64,000 bases of DNA from a bacterium (lineage in GTDB: Bacteria > Patescibacteriota > CPR2 > UBA1875 > JAJYID01): the NCBI GenBank assembly GCA_021787535.1, contig JAJYLR010000001.1:83648-147647 (forward strand), in the 5' to 3' direction. Every line of letters starts with the position of its first letter. The first letter of the stretch is position 1. Both the position numbers and the translations under genes were made by a program. Of the stretch, positions 54,140-62,849 are shown piece after piece. The notes under the pieces were generated by a model that saw nothing but the letters and a program-made list of their open reading frames with translations, did not search any database and was not told where the DNA came from.

Positions 54140-56647
54140 ATGGCGGATTTTTTAGATGATTTAAATGAGATGCAGAAAGAGGCGGTCAAAACTACCGAAG
54201 GGCCCCTTCTTATTTTAGCCGGGGCCGGCAGCGGCAAGACCAAAGCCCTGACTTACCGCATCGCTTACTTAATTAGCGAAAAAAATGTCGATCCGGAGCG
54301 GATTTTGGCCGTGACTTTTACCAATAAAGCGGCCAAGGAAATGGTCTCGAGAGTTGAGAAACTACTCTCGAGAAATAACCAATTTCCAAGTCCCAATTTC
54401 CAATCAATTTTCAATGATCAAAATTCAAAAAGTCTGGATTCCCGCCTTCGCGGGAATGACAAGGAGGGAAAGGGATCCGTCGACTCCCATTCGGCTGCGC
54501 TCAGGGCAGGCTTTCGCGAAGTCGCTCAGAATGACAGAAAAGGGGAGCAAGAAGTCTGTCGAAATGACCCACGCACCGAAAATGGTGCGGGGCAAGCAAT
54601 ACAGAATACCGAATACTCAATACAGCATACTGTCACCGGCCGCAGGCCTGTCATGGGTACTTTTCACTCTGTTTGCGTCAAAATTCTACGGCGGGAGATA
54701 GGCCATCTCGGCTATAAATCGAGCTTTACCATTTATGACTCGGGCGACTCCAATAGGGCGGTAAAGATTGCCATGAAAGAACTCTCTATTGATGAGAAGA
54801 AATTCAATCCCAGAACAATACAAAATTACATCTCCTCGGCAAAAAATGAGCTGATTGGCGAGAAAGAGTACGCTGCGCTCGTCAACGGCTATATCCAGGA
54901 AATGGCTTCCAAAGTGTACTTTGAATACCAAAAAATTCTTAAAAACGCCCATGCGCTGGACTTTGACGATCTGATTATGAAGACGGTAGAAATCTTCCAA
55001 AAATTTCCAGAAATCTTGGAGAAATATCAGAAGCAATTCAAATATATTCATATAGATGAGTATCAGGACACAAACCACGCCCAGTATGTTTTTTCAAAAC
55101 TGCTGGCAGCTAAACATGAAAATATCTGTGTGGTGGGGGACGACTGGCAAAGTGTTTATGCATTTCGCGGGGCGAACTTCCAGAACATCCTAGATTTCGA
55201 GAAGGATTATCCGAATGCAAAAGTGGTCAAACTTGAGCAAAATTATAGATCAACAAAAACCATTTTGGATGCTGCCCATCATATTATCAAAAAGAATGAA
55301 AACCGAAGCGACAAAGAGCTCTGGACTGAAAACATTCTGGGTGTTCCTATCCTGACATTTGAGGCAAAAGACGAGGTAGATGAAGGAAGATTTATCATTC
55401 AGGAAATTTCGAGTTCAGCCCGCGATCTTTCTGATTTTGCTGTTTTATACCGCACAAATGCCCAGTCAAGAAGCCTTGAAGAACAGTTTCTAAAAGCCGG
55501 CATGAAGTACAGGATTTTCGGAGGAGTGAGGTTCTATGAGCGAAAGGAAATTAAAGATATTATCGCATACCTCAGGTTCATTCAGAATCCAAATGACTGG
55601 GTGGCGCTCGAGCGGATTATCAATGTTCCGTCGAGAGGAATAGGGGCAGCTAGTTTGAAAAAAATAAAGGAATTTTTTTCAAATAATTTGCAATTTCCAA
55701 TTTCCAATTTTCAATCAAATTCCAATAACCAAATTCCAAACAAAAGCCGTCATTTTGGGGACGATAGGACTCCAGAATCAAACTCGGATAAGGATTCTGG
55801 TCAAGCCAGAATGACGGAAGGTAAGGGTGACTTGGTTGGTATACTGGAAAAAGTGAAATTCAGCAATATTCTTTCCGGCAAAGCGCTAGCCGGATTTAAG
55901 TCATTTATGAAAGCCATTATTGAGCTCGAAGATCAGAAAGATAAATTGCAACTGGTGAAGTTCATCGATCAGGTTATGAAAAAAACCGGCTACTATGATT
56001 CGCTTGATGACAAAACTATCCAAGGTGAAGAAAGGCAGGAAAACCTGAAAGAGCTTTTGTCGGTAGCAGAGGAATTTGTCAAGGATAGAGAAGACTTCGG
56101 TCTTGAGGATTTTCTCGAGGAAGTGGCTCTTATTTCCGATATTGATAACTACTCGGAAGACGAGCAGTCCGTGGCGCTTATGACCTTGCATTCGGCCAAA
56201 GGGCTCGAGTTTCCCTGTGTTTTCATTGCCGGGATGGAAGAGGGGATCTTTCCGCATTCTCGTTCACAGCTTGATATCGAAGAAATGGAAGAAGAGCGCA
56301 GATTGGCATATGTCGGTATCACAAGAGCAAAAGAAAGAGCGTATCTGGTTAGCGCTCGCAGGCGTCTTCTCTATGGAAACTATCAGTCCAATCCGGCGTC
56401 GAGATTCATCTCTGATATTCCCGGTGAGCTCAAGAAAGACATTAACCGGTTTGAAACGTCATTGGACTCAAAGATTTATGAAAAGCAAATCCCGCAGTTT
56501 GCTCCCGGAGAAAAAGTTCTGCATGACAAGTTTGGCGTAGGCATAGTCCAAGACGTCAAAGGCGATGAGATGACTGTATCTTTTGAAAAGGTGGTGGGTC
56601 TCAAAGTTCTCTCTACCATTTACGCGCCGATTGAGAAGATAAGATGA
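54140..56647 (+). CDS. uvrD: ATP-dependent DNA helicase UvrD/PcrA (SF1). The ORF-track start at 54074 lies inside the upstream terminator; the ATG at 54140 is preferred.
   Basis: Motif I LLILAGAGSGKTKALTYRIAYLI, then GTFHSVC, DEYQDTN and later SF1 motifs. tataat at 54127-54132 sits 7 nt before the ATG, implying a leaderless mRNA. There are two large in-frame repeat insertions. Confidence 0.85.
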   Translation: MADFLDDLNEMQKEAVKTTEGPLLILAGAGSGKTKALTYRIAYLISEKNVDPERILAVTFTNKAAKEMVSRVEKLLSRNNQFPSPNFQSIFNDQNSKSLDSRLRGNDKEGKGSVDSHSAALRAGFREVAQNDRKGEQEVCRNDPRTENGAGQAIQNTEYSIQHTVTGRRPVMGTFHSVCVKILRREIGHLGYKSSFTIYDSGDSNRAVKIAMKELSIDEKKFNPRTIQNYISSAKNELIGEKEYAALVNGYIQEMASKVYFEYQKILKNAHALDFDDLIMKTVEIFQKFPEILEKYQKQFKYIHIDEYQDTNHAQYVFSKLLAAKHENICVVGDDWQSVYAFRGANFQNILDFEKDYPNAKVVKLEQNYRSTKTILDAAHHIIKKNENRSDKELWTENILGVPILTFEAKDEVDEGRFIIQEISSSARDLSDFAVLYRTNAQSRSLEEQFLKAGMKYRIFGGVRFYERKEIKDIIAYLRFIQNPNDWVALERIINVPSRGIGAASLKKIKEFFSNNLQFPISNFQSNSNNQIPNKSRHFGDDRTPESNSDKDSGQARMTEGKGDLVGILEKVKFSNILSGKALAGFKSFMKAIIELEDQKDKLQLVKFIDQVMKKTGYYDSLDDKTIQGEERQENLKELLSVAEEFVKDREDFGLEDFLEEVALISDIDNYSEDEQSVALMTLHSAKGLEFPCVFIAGMEEGIFPHSRSQLDIEEMEEERRLAYVGITRAKERAYLVSARRRLLYGNYQSNPASRFISDIPGELKKDINRFETSLDSKIYEKQIPQFAPGEKVLHDKFGVGIVQDVKGDEMTVSFEKVVGLKVLSTIYAPIEKIR
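54370..54655. repeat. ~285-bp composite in-frame insertion in uvrD between helicase motifs I and Ia: heptamer stretch, type B element, an inverted type C variant, and AATAC-type repeats
   Basis: Translated as a ~95-aa insert: SRNNQFPSPNFQSIFNDQNSKSLDSRLRGNDKEGKGSVDSHSAALRAGFREVAQNDRKGEQEVCRNDPRTENGAGQAIQNTEYSIQHTVTGRRPV. The type B copy at 54436-54463 matches 20736-20763. Confidence 0.85.
55684..55814. repeat. Composite in-frame insertion in uvrD: (AATTTCC)-type heptamer stretch plus a full type A element (gtcattttggggacgataggactccagaatc-N13-gattctggtcaagccagaatgac)
   Basis: Translated as NLQFPISNFQSNSNNQIPNKSRHFGDDRTPESNSDKDSGQARMT. Confidence 0.85.
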
Positions 56648-56842
56648 TAAATTGTTTTTTCTGAGCACAAAATATCGATTTTTTGCCTTTAAATCAATAT
56701 TCTGATTCTAAAAAATCTACTTGACATGGGATAGCGTAATCATTAAAATAGTCCGCGTACCTTTTAAAGCAGGGTATATACGGGTGATTGAAAAGGGCAA
56801 AATATAAACCCCTCTAAATGTTTCTATTTCTTAAAGAGGCAG

Positions 56843-58039
56843 GTGTCTATTTTACTAGGCAGAACGAGAAATTATTTTTTTAATTCTCATCTAAAAATTA
56901 ACTCGAGCATTTCGCTTTTGGCATTTATGCCGCTTTTTGCTGTTGCGCTTGGTGTAGGCAATGTTCAAAATAATACCGTTTTGAACGGCGTAGAAACGCC
57001 TGTTCGGGCTTTTTGCGATGGCCAGGAGTACGACATTAACACAAAAGCGAATATAGTTTCAGATGCTTTGAAAGAAACGCCATGCACTCTAGGGCAAAAC
57101 GATCTTTCCAATCCGTCAGCCGATTCGAAGCTTGACGGTAACTCGGTTGATGTTCATGTAACGAAGGCGATGCCGGTAACGGTTGTTGACAGCGGCAAAA
57201 TTACCGAGGCAAAAAGTGCTTATAAAAACACATCAGATATTTTAAAACAGTTAAATATTACGGTTTATCCGGAAGACAAGGTGACGTCTGAGCTCATCAT
57301 TTCAAACTTTGATAAGGATGGCTTTGGCCAGAAAATTACCATTGAAAGAAGGCCGAAGGTGACTTTAGAAGTTGACGGCAAAGTGATCAACACCGCGACT
57401 TCGAAAGAAACAGTTGGTGAATTTATAAAAGATCAAAATATTAGTCTAGGCGTAAAAGACGAGGTTACGCCGTCTCTGGACGCTAAAATTACAAGGGACA
57501 TGAAGATTATTATTACCAGAGTGAATGAAGCCGATATTAAGGAAATCAATGCCATACCTTTTGATACAATTAATAAAACCGACTACGGCTTGTATCAGGG
57601 GCAAAGCAGGGTCGAAACAGCCGGAGCGGATGGTCTGGCAATCCAGACGATCCACATAGTCTATAAAAATGGTATGCCAGTTAGCCAGATTATTGCCGAC
57701 GTTCAGGTGCTACAGCCATCTAAGACAAAGATTGTGGATGTTGGGGCTAAGCCGTATGACGCAGGCGATCTCTGGAATATCATTGTTGAAGCCGGCCAGA
57801 AATATGGTGTAGATCCCGGTTCGATGTATCGGGTAATGGAATGTGAGAGTGGCGGCCGGGTGAATGCTGTGAACTCCTGGGGTTACAAGGGCCTTTTCCA
57901 GTGGGACGGTTCATTCTATAAATGGACGGCTATTGCAGGTGTTCCGGCCGATTACTTTAATCCTAGATCTCAAATTTTTGCCACAGCAGCGCGAGTATCT
58001 GCTTCAGGCGGCTGGCGTGCTTGGCAGTGCAAACCGTAA
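56843..58039 (+). CDS. Secreted RpfB-like protein (G5 / DUF348-like repeats plus a C-terminal transglycosylase-like domain)
   Basis: The C-terminal MYRVMECESGGRVNAVNSWGYKGLFQWDGSFYKW matches the Rpf-type transglycosylase-like domain. There is an N-terminal hydrophobic signal. Confidence 0.6.
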   Translation: MSILLGRTRNYFFNSHLKINSSISLLAFMPLFAVALGVGNVQNNTVLNGVETPVRAFCDGQEYDINTKANIVSDALKETPCTLGQNDLSNPSADSKLDGNSVDVHVTKAMPVTVVDSGKITEAKSAYKNTSDILKQLNITVYPEDKVTSELIISNFDKDGFGQKITIERRPKVTLEVDGKVINTATSKETVGEFIKDQNISLGVKDEVTPSLDAKITRDMKIIITRVNEADIKEINAIPFDTINKTDYGLYQGQSRVETAGADGLAIQTIHIVYKNGMPVSQIIADVQVLQPSKTKIVDVGAKPYDAGDLWNIIVEAGQKYGVDPGSMYRVMECESGGRVNAVNSWGYKGLFQWDGSFYKWTAIAGVPADYFNPRSQIFATAARVSASGGWRAWQCKP

Positions 58040-58091
58040 AGTATAGCCACAGAAGAACTAAAGAACAAGATAACAGATTCGATTTATTCAA

Positions 58092-58127
58092 AAGGACAGT
58101 CCTTGCATTCTAGAAGGACTGTCCTTA
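58092..58127 (+). terminator. Pair of gene-end palindromes (aaggacagtcctt ... aaggactgtcctt) after the RpfB-like gene
   Basis: Same core as 32756-32772 and 33875-33891. Confidence 0.45.
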
Positions 58128-58172
58128 TTAAGTAAATTCAGCTATAATAAGCGTGCAAACAAAGAAGAAACT

Positions 58173-59051
58173 ATGGATTTAACCAATATTTTAGAATTAA
58201 AGAAATTAATGCGGACATATGGTGCTTGGCCAAACAAAGACCTTGGCCAGCATTTTTTAACTGATAAAAGCGTCTTGGCTAAAATGGTTGAAACAACCGG
58301 TCTTTCCAAGAACGATATAGTAGTAGAAGTCGGTCCAGGTCTTGGCATTATGACTCGTGAACTGGCAAAAAGAGCCAAAAAAGTTTATGCCGTTGAAATA
58401 GATCCGAAGATTGCCGAGATTCTCTCTACTACCTGCATTAAATACCCTAATATAAAAATCGTCAGAGGAGATATTAGGGATTTTAGTCCGAAAGGTATTG
58501 GAAAGTATAAGGTGGCGGCAAATCTCCCGTACTACATCACTTCTCATGTTATAAAAAAATTTCTGGAGGAAAAACATAAGCCAGCAACCATTACTGTGCT
58601 CATACAGCGAGAAGTAGCCGAAAGAATCTGCGCCAAGCCGGGCAGAATGAGTATTCTCTCTGTGGCTGTTCAGTTTTATGGGATGCCTGAGATTGTGGAG
58701 CTTGTGTCACCCATGGCTTTCTTCCCGTCACCGAAAGTTTATTCGGCAATTCTTAAAATTAAGGTTTTCAAGGAACCTCTTTTTGAAGATATAAATGCGA
58801 GAGTATTTTTCAGATTGGTCAGAGCCGGTTTTGGCGAGAAGAGGAAAATGCTGTCAAACTCAATGTCCGGAGGACTGGGCATTGATAAGGATATAGCTGA
58901 AAAGCTTTTGAAAGGCGCCGGAGTTGAGCCGATGCTTCGGGCAGAAAGATTATCTCTAGATGACTGGCGGCGCATCTATCTGGTTTTTAATAAATATTTA
59001 AACTTAAGCGGAGGTAAGAGTGCGCAGATGGCGGATCAAAGTGACTGGTGA
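58173..59051 (+). CDS. rsmA: 16S rRNA (adenine1518/1519-N6)-dimethyltransferase
   Basis: LGQHFL, the VVEVGPGLG SAM motif and NLPYYIT. Confidence 0.85.
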   Translation: MDLTNILELKKLMRTYGAWPNKDLGQHFLTDKSVLAKMVETTGLSKNDIVVEVGPGLGIMTRELAKRAKKVYAVEIDPKIAEILSTTCIKYPNIKIVRGDIRDFSPKGIGKYKVAANLPYYITSHVIKKFLEEKHKPATITVLIQREVAERICAKPGRMSILSVAVQFYGMPEIVELVSPMAFFPSPKVYSAILKIKVFKEPLFEDINARVFFRLVRAGFGEKRKMLSNSMSGGLGIDKDIAEKLLKGAGVEPMLRAERLSLDDWRRIYLVFNKYLNLSGGKSAQMADQSDW

Positions 59052-59289
59052 CGTCCAAGGCGTTTTCTATCGCTTTAGCGCGAAGATGGAGGCGGAAAAG
59101 CTGGGAATAACAGGTTTTGGTGAAAATGAGTCTGATGACAGTGTCCTTATAATCGCAGAAGGCGAACAGGAAGCGTTGGAAAAATTTAGCCGGTGGTTGA
59201 AAGAAGGCCCGCCGATGGCTGAAGTTGAAGATGTACAGATCGAGGAAGATGATTATACTGGAGAATTTAAAGGTTTCGAGGTCCGGTAA
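59020..59289 (+). CDS. acyP: Acylphosphatase
   Basis: The VTGDVQGVFYRFSAKMEAEKLGITGF acylphosphatase signature. It overlaps the rsmA 3' end in another frame, and the exact start is uncertain. Confidence 0.65.
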   Translation: MRRWRIKVTGDVQGVFYRFSAKMEAEKLGITGFGENESDDSVLIIAEGEQEALEKFSRWLKEGPPMAEVEDVQIEEDDYTGEFKGFEVR

Positions 59290-60011
59290 TGCTGTATGTA
59301 GTTTCTACTCCGATTGGTAATCTGGATGACATCACTCTTCGCGCGCTCGAAACCTTAAAGAATGTCGATCTTGTTGCCTGCGAAGATACGCGCCATACAA
59401 AAATCCTGCTTGATAAGCATAGTATCCCTTTTTGTCATTCTGGGGACGGTAGGACGCCAGAATCTGATTCTGGGCAAGCCAGAATGACGAGCCGGTCACG
59501 GCTCGTCAGCTATCATCAGCATTCAGGGTCAGTAAAAACCGAGAAAATTCTAACGATGCTGAAAGATGGCAAAGATGTTGCTCTTGTGACTGATGCCGGT
59601 ACGCCCGGTATTTCTGATCCTGGCAGTAAGTTAGTTGCCGAAGCAGCAGCAGATGGTATCGAGATTACATCCATTCCGGGCCCTGCCGCCTTTGTGAGTG
59701 CTTTAAGCGTTTCTGGATTTGACACTTCTGAATTTATTTTTATCGGATTTCTTCCTCACAAAAAGGGACGGCAAACAAAGCTGAAAGAAATAAGCGGTGA
59801 AAAGCGGACAGTTGTGTTGTATGAATCGGTACATCGGATAAAAAAGTTGTTCGGAGAGCTGTCAGAAATTATTCCAAACAGAGAGATATGTGTTTGCCGT
59901 GAACTGACTAAGAAATTTGAAGAGATCTATCGTGGAAAACCATCAGAGCTCATGGATCAAATTATAGAAAAAGGAGAATTTGCGGTTGTTATAGGAGGCA
60001 GAAATGATTAA
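59289..60011 (+). CDS. rsmI: 16S rRNA C1402 2'-O-methyltransferase (tetrapyrrole-methylase fold)
   Basis: LYVVSTPIGNLDDITLRALETLKNVDLVACEDTRHT matches the RsmI N-terminus. It contains one in-frame type A insertion. Confidence 0.85.
   Translation: MLYVVSTPIGNLDDITLRALETLKNVDLVACEDTRHTKILLDKHSIPFCHSGDGRTPESDSGQARMTSRSRLVSYHQHSGSVKTEKILTMLKDGKDVALVTDAGTPGISDPGSKLVAEAAADGIEITSIPGPAAFVSALSVSGFDTSEFIFIGFLPHKKGRQTKLKEISGEKRTVVLYESVHRIKKLFGELSEIIPNREICVCRELTKKFEEIYRGKPSELMDQIIEKGEFAVVIGGRND
59434..59488. repeat. Full type A element, short form (gtcattctggggacggtaggacgccagaatc-tgattctgggcaagccagaatgac), in frame in rsmI
   Basis: Translated as CHSGDGRTPESDSGQARMT. Confidence 0.85.
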
Positions 60012-60672
60012 AGCAGTTATCTTTGATTTTGACGACACCTTGATCTACACGCAAAGGATTTGTATAAAAAACTATATTAGCGCTGCTAAAAATCTTAATA
60101 TGCGCGTTCCTACCGAGAGGGAAGTAGTCCGGCTTTTCGGTCTGCCTTGGCCAAAGATAGTTGAGATTTTATGGCCTGAAGCAGATCTTGAAACTTTCAA
60201 TGAGGCATACGTACAATGCAGAGGCAAGGAGGAATATGAAGCGGTCAAAAATGCCGGGGAAACTATCAAAAAACTCAAACAGAGTTTTACACTTGGTATC
60301 TTGACCTCGAGAAGGGGAAGCAGTATTTATCGGGTAATGAAAGAGACAGGTTATGACAAAGAAGACTTTAAGTTTATTGATACGCATAATGATGGCAAAA
60401 TCTCTAAGCCGGACCCAAAAGTTTTTAATCATTTTAAAAATATTTTGGACACCGAAGGAATTATTGCGGAAGAAACCGTTTATGTCGGTGATGCCATATT
60501 TGACTATCAGGCGGCAAGAGATGCGGGACTCCACTTTATTGCTTTCATTAATGGGGCCTATACCGGCGAAGAATTCATTGAGGAGGGCTTAGACAAGAAT
60601 CTGGTAATGAAATCATTTAAAGAACTGCCGGGTATTTTGGCAAAGAATTTTAAAATGGAGAAAGTTGCATGA
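60004..60672 (+). CDS. HAD-superfamily hydrolase (phosphatase / beta-phosphoglucomutase-like)
   Basis: Motif I AVIFDFDDTL, then GILTSR and VYVGDAIFD. Confidence 0.7.
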   Translation: MIKAVIFDFDDTLIYTQRICIKNYISAAKNLNMRVPTEREVVRLFGLPWPKIVEILWPEADLETFNEAYVQCRGKEEYEAVKNAGETIKKLKQSFTLGILTSRRGSSIYRVMKETGYDKEDFKFIDTHNDGKISKPDPKVFNHFKNILDTEGIIAEETVYVGDAIFDYQAARDAGLHFIAFINGAYTGEEFIEEGLDKNLVMKSFKELPGILAKNFKMEKVA

Positions 60673-61301
60673 TTAAGACGATTATTTTTGACAATCACGG
60701 AGTTATTACATCGAGTACTGCGGAAGGAGCAGACGAAAAGTTCGCCGATTTTTTGGGCGTGGACCTCGACCGGTTTAACAAGGTCTGGGGCAGCTTAGAA
60801 GGCATTGTCGATGAAGGGAAAATGACTAGTGATGATTTTTTAAAAAATCTTTTACACAGAACAAACTGCCATAAAGATTTATCGGATTTTAAGAAGATCT
60901 ATTTTGGAAGCTATTTCCCGAAACTTGATGTCCAAGATTTTGCCAAAGAACTGGGCAAAAGCTTTGAAATCGTCCTGCTTACAAACTACGGCGACAGTTT
61001 TCGTTATGTTAACGGCAGAAGCTGGCACCTAGAAAAAATATTCGGCGATAAAATATTTGTTTCAGCCGAACTGAAAATGAGAAAGCCCCATAAAGATATT
61101 TACCAGTATGTTCTGGACAAAATCGGGAAGAAGCCGGAAGAAACTGTATTTATCGATGACAATCCCAAGTTCATAAAAACGGCGAAAGAACTCGGAATGC
61201 ACACTATTCTTTTTGAGTCGCTTGACCAGGTCAAAAAAAATCTCGAAGAAATATTAGTTTCACAAGGGCAATCTCTGCAGACACAAGGTCTGTCCTTGTA
61301 G
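60669..61301 (+). CDS. HAD-superfamily hydrolase
   Basis: Motif I TIIFDNHGVI and motif IV FIDDN. Its start overlaps the stop of the upstream gene. Confidence 0.65.
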   Translation: MIKTIIFDNHGVITSSTAEGADEKFADFLGVDLDRFNKVWGSLEGIVDEGKMTSDDFLKNLLHRTNCHKDLSDFKKIYFGSYFPKLDVQDFAKELGKSFEIVLLTNYGDSFRYVNGRSWHLEKIFGDKIFVSAELKMRKPHKDIYQYVLDKIGKKPEETVFIDDNPKFIKTAKELGMHTILFESLDQVKKNLEEILVSQGQSLQTQGLSL

Positions 61302-61326
61302 GTGCTGTCTGTGCTAAAATACACTT

Positions 61327-62778
61327 ATGTCTAAAAAGTTTTATATAGATACTTCTATTCCGTATGCAAACGGAAATCCCCACATAGGACATCCTCTGGA
61401 TCCTTTATACGGTGATGTTCTAGCAAGATATTATCGCGCTAACGGTTATGATGTTTTTTTTCTTGTCGGCTTGGACGAGAATGGCCAAAGCGTTTACAAC
61501 AAAGCCAAATGCGCGGAAGTCCCGGTTCAGGAGTTTACTGAGAATGTGCGCAAGAAATTCATAGAAATGCATGAAAAGTTAAATGATTCTTACGATGGAT
61601 TTATCAGGACTACCGATAAAAAACTGCATTGGCCGACGGCGCAGGAGATATGGAAAAGGGCTGAGAAGGCCGGTGATATTTACAAAAAAAACTATCAAGG
61701 GCTTTACTGTGTCGGTTGTGAAGAGTTCAAGCTGGAAAGAGATTTGGTTGATGGCAAATGTCCGGATCACCAAACCAAACCGGAGAAAATCGAGGAGGAA
61801 AACTATTTCTTCAAACTCTCAAATTACCAAAAATTTTTACAGGATTTGTTTGATAAAAATCCGGATTTTGTTTATCCGAAAAACAAATATAACGAAGCTT
61901 ATCAAATCATCAAAGGTGGGCTGGAAGACGTAAGTATTTCCCGGCCGAAGGAAAGGCTTCCGTGGGGTGTACCCGTGCCGGGTGATGACAGCCACGTTAT
62001 GTATGTCTGGTTTGACGCGCTGACAAATTACTTATCCGGTATTGGGTTTACCTCAGACAAAAAGAAATTCGAAAGGTATTGGCCGACTGACCTAAACATC
62101 GTTGGCAAAGACAACAACAAATGGCATTCTATTCTCTGGCCGGCAATTTTAAAGTCGGTAGGACTTCAGTTGCCTAAGAAAGTTTTTGTTCATGGGCACG
62201 TTCTTGGCAAAGGCAATGTAAAGATGAGCAAAACGATAGGCAACGTAGTCGATCCGATGGAGATGATTGATAAATATGGGGCTGATGCTTTTCGATATTT
62301 TATTCTTGCCAAAATCCCAGTGGATTCTGATGGCGCCTTTGATGAAGATCATTTCAGGGAAGTTTATAATTCAGAGCTTTCAAATAAGTTGGGTAATCTT
62401 TTACAGAGAACAATTTCAATGATTAATAAGTATAATGTAAAAATTTCTGACAAGGAGATCGACAGGTTTGGCGGAAGCATAGACGAAAAGATCGGGAATT
62501 TAGATTTTAATGGGGCTTTGCGTTCAGTTATTAGAATGGTAGAGGTGGCAAATGAAGAAATTGATAGTAAAAGACCTTGGGAATTGGCAAAATCTGGTAA
62601 AACGAGAGAGCTAAATGCATTATTAAGTGAAATCTATTGGATATTGAATTCAGTAGCCAAAAATATCTATCCTTTCATGCCCGACACCAGTAAAAAAATG
62701 AAAAAACAGCTTAAAAATTTAAAACCGGTACCTTTGTTTCCGAGGATGGAGAAAGATTCCCGATCGGGTCGGGAATGA
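61327..62778 (+). CDS. metG: Methionyl-tRNA synthetase (class I, compact form)
   Basis: The HIGH motif ANGNPHIGHPL, the KMSKS motif VKMSKTIGN, and the zinc-knuckle region CVGCEEF...CPDHQ. Confidence 0.9.
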   Translation: MSKKFYIDTSIPYANGNPHIGHPLDPLYGDVLARYYRANGYDVFFLVGLDENGQSVYNKAKCAEVPVQEFTENVRKKFIEMHEKLNDSYDGFIRTTDKKLHWPTAQEIWKRAEKAGDIYKKNYQGLYCVGCEEFKLERDLVDGKCPDHQTKPEKIEEENYFFKLSNYQKFLQDLFDKNPDFVYPKNKYNEAYQIIKGGLEDVSISRPKERLPWGVPVPGDDSHVMYVWFDALTNYLSGIGFTSDKKKFERYWPTDLNIVGKDNNKWHSILWPAILKSVGLQLPKKVFVHGHVLGKGNVKMSKTIGNVVDPMEMIDKYGADAFRYFILAKIPVDSDGAFDEDHFREVYNSELSNKLGNLLQRTISMINKYNVKISDKEIDRFGGSIDEKIGNLDFNGALRSVIRMVEVANEEIDSKRPWELAKSGKTRELNALLSEIYWILNSVAKNIYPFMPDTSKKMKKQLKNLKPVPLFPRMEKDSRSGRE

Positions 62779-62783
62779 CAAGC
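62755..62783. repeat. Type B variant element (gattcccgatcgggtcgggaatgacaag) forming the last codons and the TGA stop of metG
   Basis: The ORF ends ...EKDSRSGRE, followed by a TGA that lies inside the gggaaTGAc terminus of the element. Confidence 0.8.
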
Positions 62784-62849
62784 GTAGGAGGGTAAGTGAA
62801 ACACTATATTAATCACATTCATCATAGCAAAAACCGAGAGCTTAATGAG

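Noticed and set aside
53418-54243. ORFs 53418-53624, 53621-54013 and 53887-54243 inside the GC-rich unit
   Set aside because: Arg/Pro/Trp/Cys-rich translations. No RBS. They overlap each other and a promoter/terminator-delimited unit. Better explained as a structured RNA.
54370-54655. Inteins or mini-introns as an explanation for the in-frame inserts in uvrD, ppsA, acs and rsmI
   Set aside because: The inserts are 8-95 aa. They lack intein blocks (no N-terminal Cys/Ser plus C-terminal HN). They are built from recognisable DNA palindromes also found intergenically. They are far too short for group I/II introns.
20657-62783. Could the dispersed 23-75-bp palindromes be a CRISPR array or arrays?
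   Set aside because: Copies are scattered over 40 kb, sit inside ORFs, and are not separated by regularly sized unique spacers. No cas genes are present.
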